64,000 nucleotides of DNA from an uncultured Chloroflexia bacterium (GCA_963739365.1 CAVUAG010000012.1:77921-141920), one strand, 5' to 3'; positions 1-12,055 are shown, counted from the first letter of the stretch. Numbers and translations are program-made. The notes: generated by a model from the sequence alone, not told the origin.

Positions 1-541
1 CCGCGAGGCCGGGCACGCCGGATGCGAGGGTGTCTGGGGTGCCGGAGGCCGCCGGCGGGGAGTACGTGCCCTGGAGCTCGATGGCGCCGGATCCGTCCGC
101 GGCAGCATCCTCGACCGGGCCGGCCGGCGCGGCAGCCGGGGCTCCACCCGCGCTCCCGAACCCGGACAGCAGGCCCGGCGTTCCGGACGTCAGGAGCAGC
201 CCGACCACCCCGAGGGTGGCGAGGCCGGTCGCGAGCGGCCGCACGGTGGACCCGGGCGCGGCGAGCCATTCGATCACCCGGCGCCAGCCTGATGGCCGCA
301 AGCGGGCTGCATCCTCGGCGGTGAGCCGATAGTCGCGCCGGCGGGCTGGGGCCGGGAGTGCCGTCATGGCGCTGCGGATGGCGACGAGGTCGTGAGCCAG
401 GGCCGCGCAGCCGCCGCAGGACGCGACGAGCGACTCGGCCGCTGTCAGCTCCGCGCCCGCCAGGTCGCCAGCATCGAGGGCGACGATGCGCGCGGCGTGA
501 TCCTGGGCCTCGGCGGCGGGGAAGTGCGGGGCGGGCGGCAT
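1..541 (-). CDS. putative membrane-anchored anti-sigma factor (C-terminal part runs off the left window edge)
   Basis: A minus-strand frame opens at ATG 541-539, 15 nt after the sigma-factor stop, with GAGGA in between. It stays open to position 1, so it is absent from the ORF track. My translation is MPPAPHFPAAEAQDHAARIVALDAGDLAGAELTAAESLVASCGGCAALAHDLVAIRSAM...RPLATGLATLGVVGLLLTSG. It has a CxxC N-terminal region and one hydrophobic helix, the usual layout of an ECF-cognate anti-sigma factor. The His of the HxxxCxxC zinc motif is absent. Confidence 0.55.
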   Translation of the reverse strand, partial: MPPAPHFPAAEAQDHAARIVALDAGDLAGAELTAAESLVASCGGCAALAHDLVAIRSAMTALPAPARRRDYRLTAEDAARLRPSGWRRVIEWLAAPGSTVRPLATGLATLGVVGLLLTSGTPGLLSGFGSAGGAPAAAPAGPVEDAAADGSGAIELQGTYSPPAASGTPDTLASGVPGLA

Positions 542-556
542 GGTCCTCTGACGGCC

Positions 557-1210
557 TCAGCTTCGGAACAGTTCCATCCGGTCGGCGAGGAGCGCGCGGA
601 GCGCCAGCCGGCCGCGGTGGATGCGGGACTTCACGGTGCCGAGCGAGACGCCGGTCAGCCGGGCGATCTCGGCGTAGTCGTAGCCCTCGACGTCGAAGAG
701 GATGATCGCCGCTCGCTGGTCGCTGCCGATGGCGGCCAGCGCCGCGGCGAGCGCACGGCCCCGCTCCGACGCGGCGGTGATGACCTCGGGATCGGTCTCC
801 GGGCCCGCCGGCGGCTGCCACGACTCATCCTCGAGCTCGGGGTAGGGCGAGACCGGGCGGCGCTTGCGGGCACGCTGGAGGTCCATCGCCGCGTTGACGG
901 CGATGCGGGTCAGCCAGCCGCGGAACGAGGGCCCGCGGTACGAGCGCAGGTTCCGGTAGGCGGAGAAGAACGCCTCCTGGACTGCGTCGGACGCCTGGTC
1001 CGGGTCCGGAACGAGGCGCGCCACCAGGGCGTGGCACAGGTCCTGGTAGGCCTCGACGAGCTGGTTGAACGCGTCCAGGTCACCCTCGAGGGCCCGCGCC
1101 ACGAGGATCTCGTCGCGCCGGGCCGCGGCCGCGTCGCCGGGACGCGCGAACGGGCGGTCGGCGGCGTGCTCAGCGGCGGCGACGGGAGTGCTCGAGGTCG
1201 CGTCGCCCAT
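557..1210 (-). CDS. RNA polymerase sigma factor, ECF (sigma-70 group 4) family
   Basis: ORF 557..1210 (217 aa). It has a region 2-like segment (LVEAYQDLCHALVARLV...DAVQEAFFSAYRNLRSY) and a region 4 helix-turn-helix (YDYAEIARLTGVSLGTVKSRIHRGR). A putative anti-sigma gene follows directly. Confidence 0.9.
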   Translation of the reverse strand: MGDATSSTPVAAAEHAADRPFARPGDAAAARRDEILVARALEGDLDAFNQLVEAYQDLCHALVARLVPDPDQASDAVQEAFFSAYRNLRSYRGPSFRGWLTRIAVNAAMDLQRARKRRPVSPYPELEDESWQPPAGPETDPEVITAASERGRALAAALAAIGSDQRAAIILFDVEGYDYAEIARLTGVSLGTVKSRIHRGRLALRALLADRMELFRS

Positions 1211-1566
1211 CGCGGTGGCGTCGCCCGCGATTGCATCGGCGACCGGCTCGGCCGCGGATGCCCCGGCGGCGCGACGGCGCCATCTGCGGCGTCGCGCTCG
1301 CCGGTCGTGGTCGAGCGCGGATCGTCCAAGGGGGCTCGGCTCCTTCCGGCACGGACGCCCGGGAACGGCGGGGCGGCGAGGCGGCGCGAGTCTAGCACGG
1401 CCCTCGGGACGCCCGCCGCCGCGCGCGGTTCCGGGCTGCGGACGGGCCGGCGGGCCCTGCCGGCCCGCCGCGATCTCTCGCCGCGCCCGGACCGGTACAC
1501 TCGGCGGGGAACGCGCGACGCGCTGCAGGACCCACGCGCCACCCCCGCCGGAGGACCCCGCCCGCC

Positions 1567-4442
1567 ATGACCCGCCTGATGCTGCTCGACGGGAACGGGC
1601 TCATCTATCGCGGCTACTACGCGCTCATCGCGACGCCCCTGACCACCTCGAAGGGCGAGCTCGTCAACGCCGTGTTCGGGTTCACCAACATCGTGCTGCG
1701 GGCGATCCAGGACGTGAAGCCCGACGCCGTCGCGATCGCCTTCGACCTCGGCGCGCCGACGTTCCGCCACGAGCGGTTCGAGGAGTACAAGGCGACTCGC
1801 CAGCGGATGCCCGACGAGCTGCGCGACCAGTTCCCCAAGGTGCGCGAGGTCGTGGCCGGCGCTGGGGATCCCGGTCTACGAGCGCGAGGGCTTCGAGGCC
1901 GACGACGTGATCGCGACGCTCACCGGCCAGGCCGAGGATCGTGGTCTCGAGACGACGATCGTGACCGGCGACCTGGACATGCTCCAGCTGGTCACGGACA
2001 CACACCCGCCTGATGGTCTCGCTCCGGGGCGGCGTCGCCAACACCGTCGTCTACGACCTCGCCCGCATGGACGAGCGGTGGGGGCTGCGGCCGGACCAGA
2101 TGCTCGACTACAAGGCCCTCAAGGGCGACGCGACGGACAACATCCCGGGCGTCCCCGGGGTGGGGGAGAAGACGGCGGCCAAGCTCGTCGCGACCTACGG
2201 CACCCTCGATGCCCTCTACGAGCAGATCGACGAGGTGACACCCGAGCGGCTCCGCCCGCTCCTGCTCGAAGCTCGCGACCGCGTGCTCGCGAGCCGCGAC
2301 CTCCAGCGGCTGGTGCGTGATGTCCCCGTGGAGCTGGACCTCGACGCCGCGCGCATCGGCGTCTACGACCGCGACGCGGTGGTCGGGCTCTTCCGCGAGT
2401 ACGAGTTCAGGAGCCTCATCGACCGGCTGCCACCGCTCCAGGGCGAGACGGCCGACGAAGCCGCGGGCCGGCTCCGCGAGACGACCGGCGACATGGGTTC
2501 GGCACGGGCGCCCGGATCCGGGCCGCGCGTCCCGGGCGCCCCACCGCGTGGCGCGGGGCCCCAGGCCCGCCCCGGCGGGTCCGACGGCCTGCAGCTCTCG
2601 CTCGACTTCGACGCCGTCGGGCCGGCCCCCGCGCGAACCGCGGGACCCCCGGAGCCGCTTCCGGCGGGCGACCTGCGCGCCGCCCTGGCCGCCCTCGTGG
2701 CGGACCCCGGCCGGGTGGAGCGGGGCGACACGGCGGCCGCCGCGGACCTGGGGTCGTGGCTCGCGACGCTCGCCGTCGTCGGCGTGGCCCTGCTCCTGGA
2801 CGATCCGCGCCCGCGCGCGGGCACGCCGCTCGCGCTCGCCCTCGCCGGCGAGGACGGCCGCGTGATCACGTTCGAGGGCGCCGAGGCCGCTGCGGCCGCC
2901 CGGCGCGAGCTGGAGGCCGCGCGGACGCCGCTCGTCGGCCACGAGGTGAAGCCGTTCCTCGTCGCCCGCTTCGTCGACGACCTCGACGCCGTCCCGACGC
3001 TCGTCAACTTCGACACCCAGGTCGCCGCCTACCTGCTCAACGCTGCGCTGCGCAGCCAGGGGATTGCCGATGTCGTCCACGAGCGGCTCGACATCGACCT
3101 GCCACCGGCCGCCGCCGGCCTGGCCCCGGGCGAACGCGCAGCGCTCGAGGCGCTGGCCGCGCTCGCCGTTCGTGGCCCCCTCGCCGCGGCGCTCGAGGAG
3201 CAGGGTCTCCATCGCCTGTTCGGCGAGCTGGAGCTGCCCCTGATCCCGGTTCTGGCCCGGATGGAGGCGACCGGCGTCGCCCTCGATCTCGACGCCCTCG
3301 CGGCCCTCGACCGCGAGTTCGAATCCGAGCTGACCCGCCTGGAGGCGGAGATCCACGCCGACGTGGGCCACGAGTTCAACCTCGGCAGCCCGAAGCAGCT
3401 GGAGCAGGTCCTCTTCCACGAGCTGAACCTGCCCACGGGCAAGCGGACGAAGACCGGCTACTCGACCGACGCGACCGTGCTCGAGGAGCTGCGTCCCGCG
3501 CACCCGATGGTGGGCAAGCTCCTCGACTGGCGGCTGTACGCCAAGCTGCGGAGCACGTACGTCCAGGCGCTGCCGGGGCTCCTGGCCGCCGACGGGCGGC
3601 TCCACACCACGTTCCACCAGGCCGTGGCGGCGACGGGGCGCCTCTCGTCGTCGGACCCGAACCTGCAGAACATCCCGATCCGCACGCCCCTCGGCCGCCG
3701 AATCCGGCGGGCGTTCGTGGCCGGCGCGTCCGACGTGGTCCTCCTGTCCGCCGACTACAGCCAGATCGAGCTCCGGATCCTGGCCCACGTTGCGGGCGAC
3801 GCGCACCTGAAGGCTGCCTTCGCGGAGGGGAGGGACATCCACCGCGACAGTGCCGCGCTCGTCCTGCGCAAGGACCCCGCGGACGTGACGGCCGACGAGC
3901 GTTCGATGGCGAAGATGGTCAACTTCGGGATCGCCTACGGGATGAGCGACTTCGGGCTCGCGAGCCGGGCCGGCATCCCCCGCGAGGAGGCGCGCGCCTT
4001 CATCGACCGCTACTTCGCGACCTACTCCGGGATCAGCTACTACATGCTCCACGTGAAGGAGACCGCCCGGGCGCAGGGCTTCGTGACGACGCTCCTCGGG
4101 CGCCGGCGGGAGATCCCCGAGCTGCGCTCCACGAACCGCAGCCTCGTCGCGGCCGGCGAGCGCATGGCGATCAACATGCCGATCCAGGGCACGGCCGCCG
4201 ACATCATGAAGATCGCGATGATCCGGGTCGCGGCACGGCTTCGGGCGGAGGGCTTCCGGGCGCGCCTCCTGCTCCAGGTCCATGACGAGCTGCTCCTCGA
4301 GGTTCCGCGCGACGAGGTGGACCGCCTCGTGCCCGCCGTCCGGGAGACGATGGAGGGCGCGCTGACCCTGGACGTCCCGCTCACGGTCGACGTCAAGGTC
4401 GGCGACGACTGGGAGTCGATGACGCCGTCCGCGCGGGAGTAG
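1567..4442 (+). CDS. polA: DNA polymerase I (two frame breaks, probably sequence indels)
   Basis: Joined from three ORF-track fragments. 1567..2013 gives the 5'-nuclease N-terminus (MTRLMLLDGNGLIYRGYYA...FRHERFEEYKATR). 1907..2320 gives IATLTGQAEDRGLETTIVTGDLDMLQLV. 2013..4442 gives GDATDNIPGVPGVGEKTA, then the polymerase domain SADYSQIELRILAH, MAKMVNFGIAYG and QVHDELLLE. Frame changes lie near 1865 and 2005. Confidence 0.92.
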
Positions 4443-4446
4443 AGAC

Positions 4447-5562
4447 GTGCCCGAGCTGCCCGAGGTCGAGACGGTCGCCCGCGACCTGCGCGGGCTCATC
4501 GTGGGCGCCACGATCACGGGTGTCACGGGCGACTGGCCGCCCACGATCGCTTCGCACCCGACGGTCGGGGCCTTCGCCGACGCAGTGGCGGGGCGCCGGG
4601 TGGAGGCGGTGGGCCGACGGGCGAAGCTCGTGATCGTGGAGCTCTCCGGCGGAGCGGCACCCGGGCGGGGCCCGGCCGCGCTGACGATCCACCTCAAGAT
4701 GACCGGGCAGCTCTTCGTGGTCCCGGCCGCGACCCCCGCGGATCGGCACGTCCACCTGCGCCTGGCTCTCGACGACGGCCGAGAGCTGCGCTTCCGCGAC
4801 ATCCGCAAGTTCGGACGGGTCGGCTGCTGGCCCATCGATCCGGCCACCGGCGCCGTGCTCGACGGGGCCGCCGGCGACGAGCTCTTCGCCGCGTTCGGGC
4901 CGGAGCCGCTCGACGACGCCTTCACCCTGCGGGCGTTCCGGGCCCGGCTGCGCGGGCGGCGTGGTCGCCTGAAGCCGCTGCTCCTGGACCAGCGTTTCGT
5001 TGCGGGCGTCGGGAACATCTACGCCGACGAGGCGCTCTGGCGGGCGCGCCTCCATCCGCTCCGCGGCGCGGACACGCTCCGACCGCCGGACGAGGCTCGC
5101 CTCCATCGCGAGCTGCGGGCCATCCTCGCGGAGGCGGTCGAGCGGCGCGGCTCCTCGATCGACGACTACACCGCCCCCGACGGTGACGGCTCGATGCAGG
5201 AGCGCCTCGACGTCTACCAGCGAACGGGCGAGCCATGCCCGCGGTGCGGCCGGCAGATCCGGCGCATCGTGGTCGGCGCCCGCGCGACCCACTTCTGCTC
5301 CTGGTGCCAGCGGCTTCCTGCGGCCGACCGGGCGGGCGCGGTCGCGATCCTGCGGGCCGCGCGGGCGCCGGCGACGAAGGGCCGCCGCTGGACGGAGCTC
5401 GCGGCCGAGGGATCGCTGGGGCTGACGCCCGACGAAGCCGAGCGGGCCGCGGCGAAGGCCCGTGCTCAGCGGACACGTCGGGCTGCGGCGGCGACGAGAC
5501 GGGCCGAAGCCCGCGGTGGGGCCGATCCCCGGCGGCGCGCCGGAGCAGGGGAGGGCGCCTGA
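4447..5562 (+). CDS. mutM: formamidopyrimidine-DNA glycosylase (Fpg/MutM) with extra C-terminal tail
   Basis: ORF 4447..5562, with a GTG start 4 nt after the polA stop. The N-terminus is PELPEVETV (catalytic Pro2/Glu3 context), followed by LLDQRFVAGVGNIYADEALW. The zinc finger CPRCGRQIRRIVVGARATHFCSWCQ ends near 5310. About 83 further Ala/Arg-rich residues follow. Confidence 0.9.
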   Translation: MPELPEVETVARDLRGLIVGATITGVTGDWPPTIASHPTVGAFADAVAGRRVEAVGRRAKLVIVELSGGAAPGRGPAALTIHLKMTGQLFVVPAATPADRHVHLRLALDDGRELRFRDIRKFGRVGCWPIDPATGAVLDGAAGDELFAAFGPEPLDDAFTLRAFRARLRGRRGRLKPLLLDQRFVAGVGNIYADEALWRARLHPLRGADTLRPPDEARLHRELRAILAEAVERRGSSIDDYTAPDGDGSMQERLDVYQRTGEPCPRCGRQIRRIVVGARATHFCSWCQRLPAADRAGAVAILRAARAPATKGRRWTELAAEGSLGLTPDEAERAAAKARAQRTRRAAAATRRAEARGGADPRRRAGAGEGA

Positions 5563-5564
5563 CC

Positions 5565-7597
<2,033 letters not shown>

Positions 7598-7601
<4 letters not shown>

Positions 7602-8275
7602 GCCGGGACCGGGCCGGCGCCACCGGCGCTGACGGGGCCGGCGCGGCGCGCCGAGCGCTCCGGATCGGCCTGACGGGGCCCATCGGCTGCGGCAAGTCGA
7701 CCGTTGCCGCGTGGCTGGGCATGCGCGGGGCCGCAATCATCGATGCCGACGCCGTTGCCAGGGCCGTGACCGCACCCGGCGAGCCGGCCCACGACGCGAT
7801 CCTCGCCCGTTTCGGCGACGCCGTCCGTGGCGCGGACGGGACGCTCGACCGGGCGGCCCTGGCGCGCGCCGTCTTCCCCGATGCGGCAGCGCTGCACGAC
7901 CTGGAGGCGATCGTCCACCCGGCCGTGCGGCCACGGATCCTGGCCGCGATCGAGGCCGCCGACCGGGCCGGGGCGCCCGCGGTGGCCATCGAGGCGATCA
8001 AGCTGGTCGAAGGCGGCCTCGCCGCGCTCTGCGACGAGGTCTGGCTGGTGTGGTGCGATCCTGCGACCCAGCGGGCGCGGCTGGCCGGGCGAGGGATGGC
8101 GCCGGCCGACGCCGAGCGGCGCATCACCGCGCAGCGTGACCTCGTCGAGCGGCTGCGTCCGCACGCAACGCGCCTGCTGGAGACGAGCTCCGCTCCCGGC
8201 GAGGTCGAGGCGATCGTGGCCGCGTACCTGGCGGCGGCGCTCGTCGCCCGTCGAGAAGGCGCGTCTCCGGCCTGA
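7598..8275 (+). CDS. coaE: dephospho-CoA kinase
   Basis: In-frame GTG at 7598 (GTGA overlap with the ABC-F stop) within ORF 5462..8275. It has the P-loop IGLTGPIGCGKST, then IIDADAVARAV...LEAIVHPAV, typical of CoaE. It lies just upstream of uvrB, as in many Gram-positive-type genomes, here with the tad-like operon between them. Confidence 0.85.
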
Positions 8276-8321
8276 GGGTTCCGTCGGTCGCCCGCTCGGG
8301 ATGAGTGGGCGCCGGCACACG

Positions 8322-8353
8322 GCCGCCCGGCCCACGCGTGCGGGCCGGGCGGC
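8322..8353. terminator. GC-rich hairpin between convergent coaE and cpaB (candidate bidirectional terminator)
   Basis: gccgcccggccc (8322-8333) pairs perfectly with gggccgggcggc (8342-8353) around an 8-nt loop, acgcgtgc. There is no U-tract. Confidence 0.45.
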
Positions 8354-8429
8354 ACGGGAGGCGCGCCGGGTCAGCGGCGCAGGAGTGCCGGGCGCGGGGG
8401 CGAGAGTCCGCGGCCGGGCGACCCGACGG

Positions 8430-9264
8430 CTACGGGGCGGGCGAGATGCTCGCCGGGATGCGCGTGTTGCTGCGCGGATACGTCTCCGGGATCGGCAGGT
8501 CGTACTCGTCGATGATCCGGTTGGTCGTCTCGCCGAGTGGGCCGACGTCCACCTTCCGGGTGTCCTCCGGCGGCCGCAGGGCGAGGCTGAAGGTCGCCGT
8601 GCCCGACGCCTGGAGGTGGCTGATCTCCTCGGCCATCGATTCGGTGACCCGGATGATGTAGAAGGTCCCGGCCTTCGCGAGGATCGGCACGTCCTGGTAG
8701 GTCAGCTTCGTCGACTTGTCGGTGTAGAGCCTTCCTCCGTCGGCCACGGCCTGGGGGACGTTCACGGTCACCGTGATGAAGACGTCGACGGTCTGGCCAG
8801 GCTGGACCAGGCCGCCCACGGCCCGGTCGTCGGGGACGTTGAGCGAGACGGCGCGCAGGTCGGGGCTGTCCGGGGAGATGGACGCGTCCGGCCCGAGGAT
8901 CGAGAACTGCCCGCCGGCAGCCGTCGATGCGAGGAGGTTCTTCGTGACCAGCTGGCCCGTCGGGATGGTCACCCCGCTGATTCGTCCCTCGACCTCCTCG
9001 AGCGTGGTGAACGCGGCTGCGTTCGTCACGTCCTGGGGCACGGTGCGAAGGGTCACGTCGCCGCTCTCGATCGGCTTGCGGGCCGGGATCTCGCGGGCGG
9101 CCACGACCACTGCCACCATCGGGCAGTCCCTGCGTCGCGGCCTGCTGCTGGGCCTGGGTCAGGAGGTAGAAGCCGCCCCCCCCGGCGACCAGGGCGAGGA
9201 CCACGCCCACCACGATGATCCACTTGCCGCGCCGGCCGTGGTCCCTGAACTCGAGCTCGTCCAT
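8430..9264 (-). CDS. cpaB: Flp/Tad pilus assembly protein CpaB/RcpC-like (SAF domain), one frame break
   Basis: ORF 8430..9119 carries the SAF/CpaB body (AAREIPARKPIESGDVTLRTVP..., RAVSLNVPDDRAVGGLVQPGQTVDVFITV). The membrane-anchor N-terminus (MDELEFRDHGRRGKWIIVVGVVLALVAGGGGFYLL) is in ORF 8371..9264. The frame changes near 9125. GGGAGG lies upstream of ATG 9264. Confidence 0.8.
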
Positions 9265-9333
9265 TGCTGCCTCCCGGAAAGCGTGGGCCGGCGGTCTCCG
9301 CCCACGCGTGAACGTGATGCCGTGCCCGTCCGG

Positions 9334-11283
9334 CTAGTCCCAGGGCACCAGTCGCGCCACCTGACCGCGGCGCAACGCGGGATCGTTCATGTCGGCGATC
9401 ACCGGCGTGATCGCATAGGCCGTGATGACGTTGCTGTCGGCCGCGGCGATCCGCATCACTGCGAAGCCGGCGATGTCGACGTACTCGTCGGCTCCGTTGG
9501 TGGTGCCGTCGCCGATCGTGATCGTGATGGGGTACAGGCGGGTGACGCTCCGCGGCGTCGCCTCGCCGTTGGAGCCCGTCACGCGGACGACGAAGCGGTG
9601 GACCCCATTCGCCAGCCCAGTCGTTCCGATCGTCAGGTCCGACGAGTACAGCTTCGAGTTCCTGCCGAGCGGCGTCACGGTCGACGGCGAGAACGAGGCG
9701 GTCACGCCGCCGGGCAGCGGGCTGTTGAGGCCCTCGAGGCTCAGCGTCACGGAGCCACCGAACGCCTGGTTCTGGGCGTCCTTGACGGCGATCCGGAACG
9801 CGGCCGGGGCACCCGACGTGACGGTCTGGTTCGAGACATCCGAGGTGATGGCGAAGTCCCGACTCACCGATCCGATCTTGATCGCCAGCGGCTCGTGCTT
9901 GGTCGTCAGGTACGGGCTGCCGGCCTCACCCCGGATCCAGACGGCGTAGATGCCCGGCGCGGCCCCGCTTGTCGAGATGTCGCGCATGCTCACCGAGGTG
10001 CCCGCGCCGAGTGACGGCGTGACGGGGTTGGGGTCGTAGTCGATCGGGTCGCTGCCGACAAGGGTGCCCAGCACCATCGGGTTGGCCGGGTCGTTGGTGT
10101 CGGAGACGGTGGACAGCGCGACCTGCCCGGAGAAGGCCTGGTTCCGTCCCACCCGGAAGCTGCCGCCGCTGGCGACCGTGCCGGTCGTCGGCAGGGCAAG
10201 AAGGGGCGGCGTGCCGAGCGTGAAGTCCGGGATCGCCATCACCTGGCCCGGGTAGACAGCCACCAGGACCGCGTCGCCGGGCGCGAAGCGCTCGTTGACC
10301 GCGTCGATCGCGATGCCCGTTGCATTCCCGGACATCACGGCGACCTGGTCGTTCGGGTCTGGCGGTGCGGTGGCCGGGGGGAACATCGGCCCCGGGTAGC
10401 CACCGGCGCTGATCCAGCCGGCTTCCATCGCCTTGAGCGTGTTCGGCTGGGTCCCGCTCGTGACGTTGTTGTAGTAGAGCTGCGTCCCGAAGGCGGCGAA
10501 GTTGCGGATGTCGAGGGCGATGAAGCCACGGAAGTCCGACGTCCCGTTGGGCTGCGCTCCCTGGCCCAGGATCTCGACGACCGGTCCGTGGTTCGTTGGG
10601 TCGCTGCCGGGCGACGTCAGGTCGAAGGCCGCCCCGGCACTGGGGGTGGACCGAAGGGTCGGGTCGCTGTCGGTGCCGAGGCAGGACGTCGTCTCCGTCG
10701 CAAAGACGTCGAAGAAGGACCCCGGGTTGAGCGCACACGGCGAGGTCGCGCCGGCATTCGGGCCGGGCAAGTTGATGTACCGACGGACGGCGATGGGCAG
10801 GAGGTCACCCCGGAGGGCCACCCGAGCCCGCGCTCCCACCACGCTGCTCGTCATCCCGACGGCGCGCCCGAAGGTGAACGGGACCGTGTTCTGGACCGCG
10901 ACCCGGATGTCGCCACCCGAGATGAGGATGCCGTTGACGAGCTCCGCCGGGTCGCCTGCGCCGCCGGGAGCGTAGACAGGACTCGTCGGCGGGAGCGGAG
11001 CCACGATCCCGTTCGGACCGTTGGCCAGGTTCGTGGCCAGGACGGCGCGGGCCTCCGTGTCGGCGTCGGTCAAGCTGCCGCCGCGGATCAGGCTGTTGGC
11101 GGCGGCCAGGGCGGCGGCGTCGGCCGCGTTCTGGAGCGAGCGTCGCTCCATGAGGAGGCGTCCCGCGTCGAAAGCGACCCCCGCAGCGCCCAGGAGCGCC
11201 AGCAGGCCCAGGGCGAACACGACCAGAACCTGCCCCCGCGTGCCCGCTGCGCCGGGCGGCCGTCCGCGCAGCCAGGTGCCCAT
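9334..11283 (-). CDS. TadG-like pseudopilin / pilus-associated protein, 650 aa with Ig-like C-terminal half
   Basis: ATG at 11283 within ORF 9334..11943; the part upstream of it is Arg/Pro junk overlapping the tadE-like gene. The N-terminus MGTWLRGRPPGAAGTRGQVLVVFALGLLALLGAAGVAFDAGRLLMERRSLQNAADAAALAAA matches the TadG N-terminal (Tad_N) pattern. The rest is beta-rich and Gly/Thr/Ser-rich. No vWA DxSxS motif was seen. Confidence 0.75.
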   Translation of the reverse strand: MGTWLRGRPPGAAGTRGQVLVVFALGLLALLGAAGVAFDAGRLLMERRSLQNAADAAALAAANSLIRGGSLTDADTEARAVLATNLANGPNGIVAPLPPTSPVYAPGGAGDPAELVNGILISGGDIRVAVQNTVPFTFGRAVGMTSSVVGARARVALRGDLLPIAVRRYINLPGPNAGATSPCALNPGSFFDVFATETTSCLGTDSDPTLRSTPSAGAAFDLTSPGSDPTNHGPVVEILGQGAQPNGTSDFRGFIALDIRNFAAFGTQLYYNNVTSGTQPNTLKAMEAGWISAGGYPGPMFPPATAPPDPNDQVAVMSGNATGIAIDAVNERFAPGDAVLVAVYPGQVMAIPDFTLGTPPLLALPTTGTVASGGSFRVGRNQAFSGQVALSTVSDTNDPANPMVLGTLVGSDPIDYDPNPVTPSLGAGTSVSMRDISTSGAAPGIYAVWIRGEAGSPYLTTKHEPLAIKIGSVSRDFAITSDVSNQTVTSGAPAAFRIAVKDAQNQAFGGSVTLSLEGLNSPLPGGVTASFSPSTVTPLGRNSKLYSSDLTIGTTGLANGVHRFVVRVTGSNGEATPRSVTRLYPITITIGDGTTNGADEYVDIAGFAVMRIAAADSNVITAYAITPVIADMNDPALRRGQVARLVPWD

Positions 11284-11855
11284 CAGTTGATGACCATCGT
11301 GACCTCGCCCGGAAGGGCAAGGCGGCCGCCGGCGTCCAGGGGCAGAAGCGCGGCGATCATCGGGATGATCAGGTCCTGGTGGTAGACCGCCCGCACGGTG
11401 ATCGTCTGCCCCGTCCGGGTGTCGGAATCCGTCACCCCGACGGGTACCGCGTAGGTGATCGTCGTGTCGCCGTTGGTGAAGATCGTCCCGCTCGCGGTCC
11501 ACGTGGAGCCACCGGCGAACTGGGGGCTCGTCTTGGCAAGCAGGTTCATCGACGCCAGCACCGACGCCCGGATCGCCGCGTTGCGGGCCGTGTCGTTCTG
11601 CGACTTCGAGAGCGTTCGGTCGTAGACGTAGATCGTGCCCGTGCGGGCGCCCTCGCGCGCGGCATTCGTCATCGTCACGTACGAGTTGAAGATCAGTCCG
11701 AACTGGATCACGCCCAGGATCAGCAGGAAGAGCGGGAGCAGCACCAGGGCGAACTCGACCAGGCTCTGGCCCCGGGCGTGGGGCGGGGCACACCGGCGAG
11801 CGGACGCAGGTCCGGCGCGGTCGGCGGCGATTCGGCGAAGGGCGGCGATCCGCAT
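11283..11855 (-). CDS. TadE-like pseudopilin
   Basis: Within ORF 11283..12032. RGQSLVEFALVLLPLFLLILGVIQFGLIFNSYVTMTNAAREGAR is the TadE N-terminal motif. I placed the start at ATG 11855; ATG 11918 is also possible. The stop overlaps the tadG-like start (TGATG), which suggests translational coupling. Confidence 0.75.
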   Translation of the reverse strand: MRIAALRRIAADRAGPASARRCAPPHARGQSLVEFALVLLPLFLLILGVIQFGLIFNSYVTMTNAAREGARTGTIYVYDRTLSKSQNDTARNAAIRASVLASMNLLAKTSPQFAGGSTWTASGTIFTNGDTTITYAVPVGVTDSDTRTGQTITVRAVYHQDLIIPMIAALLPLDAGGRLALPGEVTMVIN

Positions 11856-12006
11856 CAGGTCGGGACGTTCCTCGTGCGCGGCATGGCGGACCCCAGGGTC
11901 CGGGCCCTCGGCGAGCATCGCGTGGCCACTGGTGCCCCTCCATGGTTCCTTCGTCCTGCCCGCACCACCCAACAGGTCACCCGACCGGGGCGGGTGCTGC
12001 CCGACA

Positions 12007-12049
12007 ATAGAACGCCCGTGCTGTTCCACCACCGCTCGTCTGCTAGACT
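12007..12049 (+). promoter_or_regulatory. uvrB promoter region: ATAGAAC-N4-GTGC operator-like motif plus TAGACT -10 element
   Basis: ATAGAACGCCCGTGC lies at 12007-12021 and TAGACT at 12044-12049, exactly 6 nt before ATG 12056. There is no Shine-Dalgarno sequence. Almost the same arrangement precedes uvrA. Confidence 0.45.
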
Positions 12050-12055
12050 GCTCCC

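Noticed and set aside
1430-1470. A GC hairpin (ggcgggcc-ctgcc-ggcccgcc) in the sigma-factor/polA divergent region as a regulatory element.
   Set aside because: Short GC-rich inverted repeats like this are frequent in the window and expected from composition. Its position between two divergent starts gives no terminator role, and there is no second copy or conservation evidence.
1992-5018. 1008-aa minus-strand ORF antisense to polA and mutM. Similar long antisense ORFs occur at 5466..7736, 11855..14515, 46869..49040 and 62060..63796.
   Set aside because: Their translations are Arg/Gly/Pro/Ala-rich low-complexity sequence with no recognisable motifs. The opposite strand encodes clearly conserved proteins (PolA, ABC-F, UvrB, YvcK/WhiA, IleRS). 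Long stop-free antisense frames are expected at this GC content.
5235-5564. The upstream start (5235) of the ABC-F ORF given in the track, and likewise 9334..11943 as an 869-aa TadG and 60559..63084 as an 841-aa LCP protein.
   Set aside because: In each case the N-terminal extension is Arg/Pro/Gly junk that overlaps the neighbouring gene. An internal start sits directly before the conserved N-terminal motif and often has coupling geometry (GTG 5565, ATG 11283, ATG 62337).
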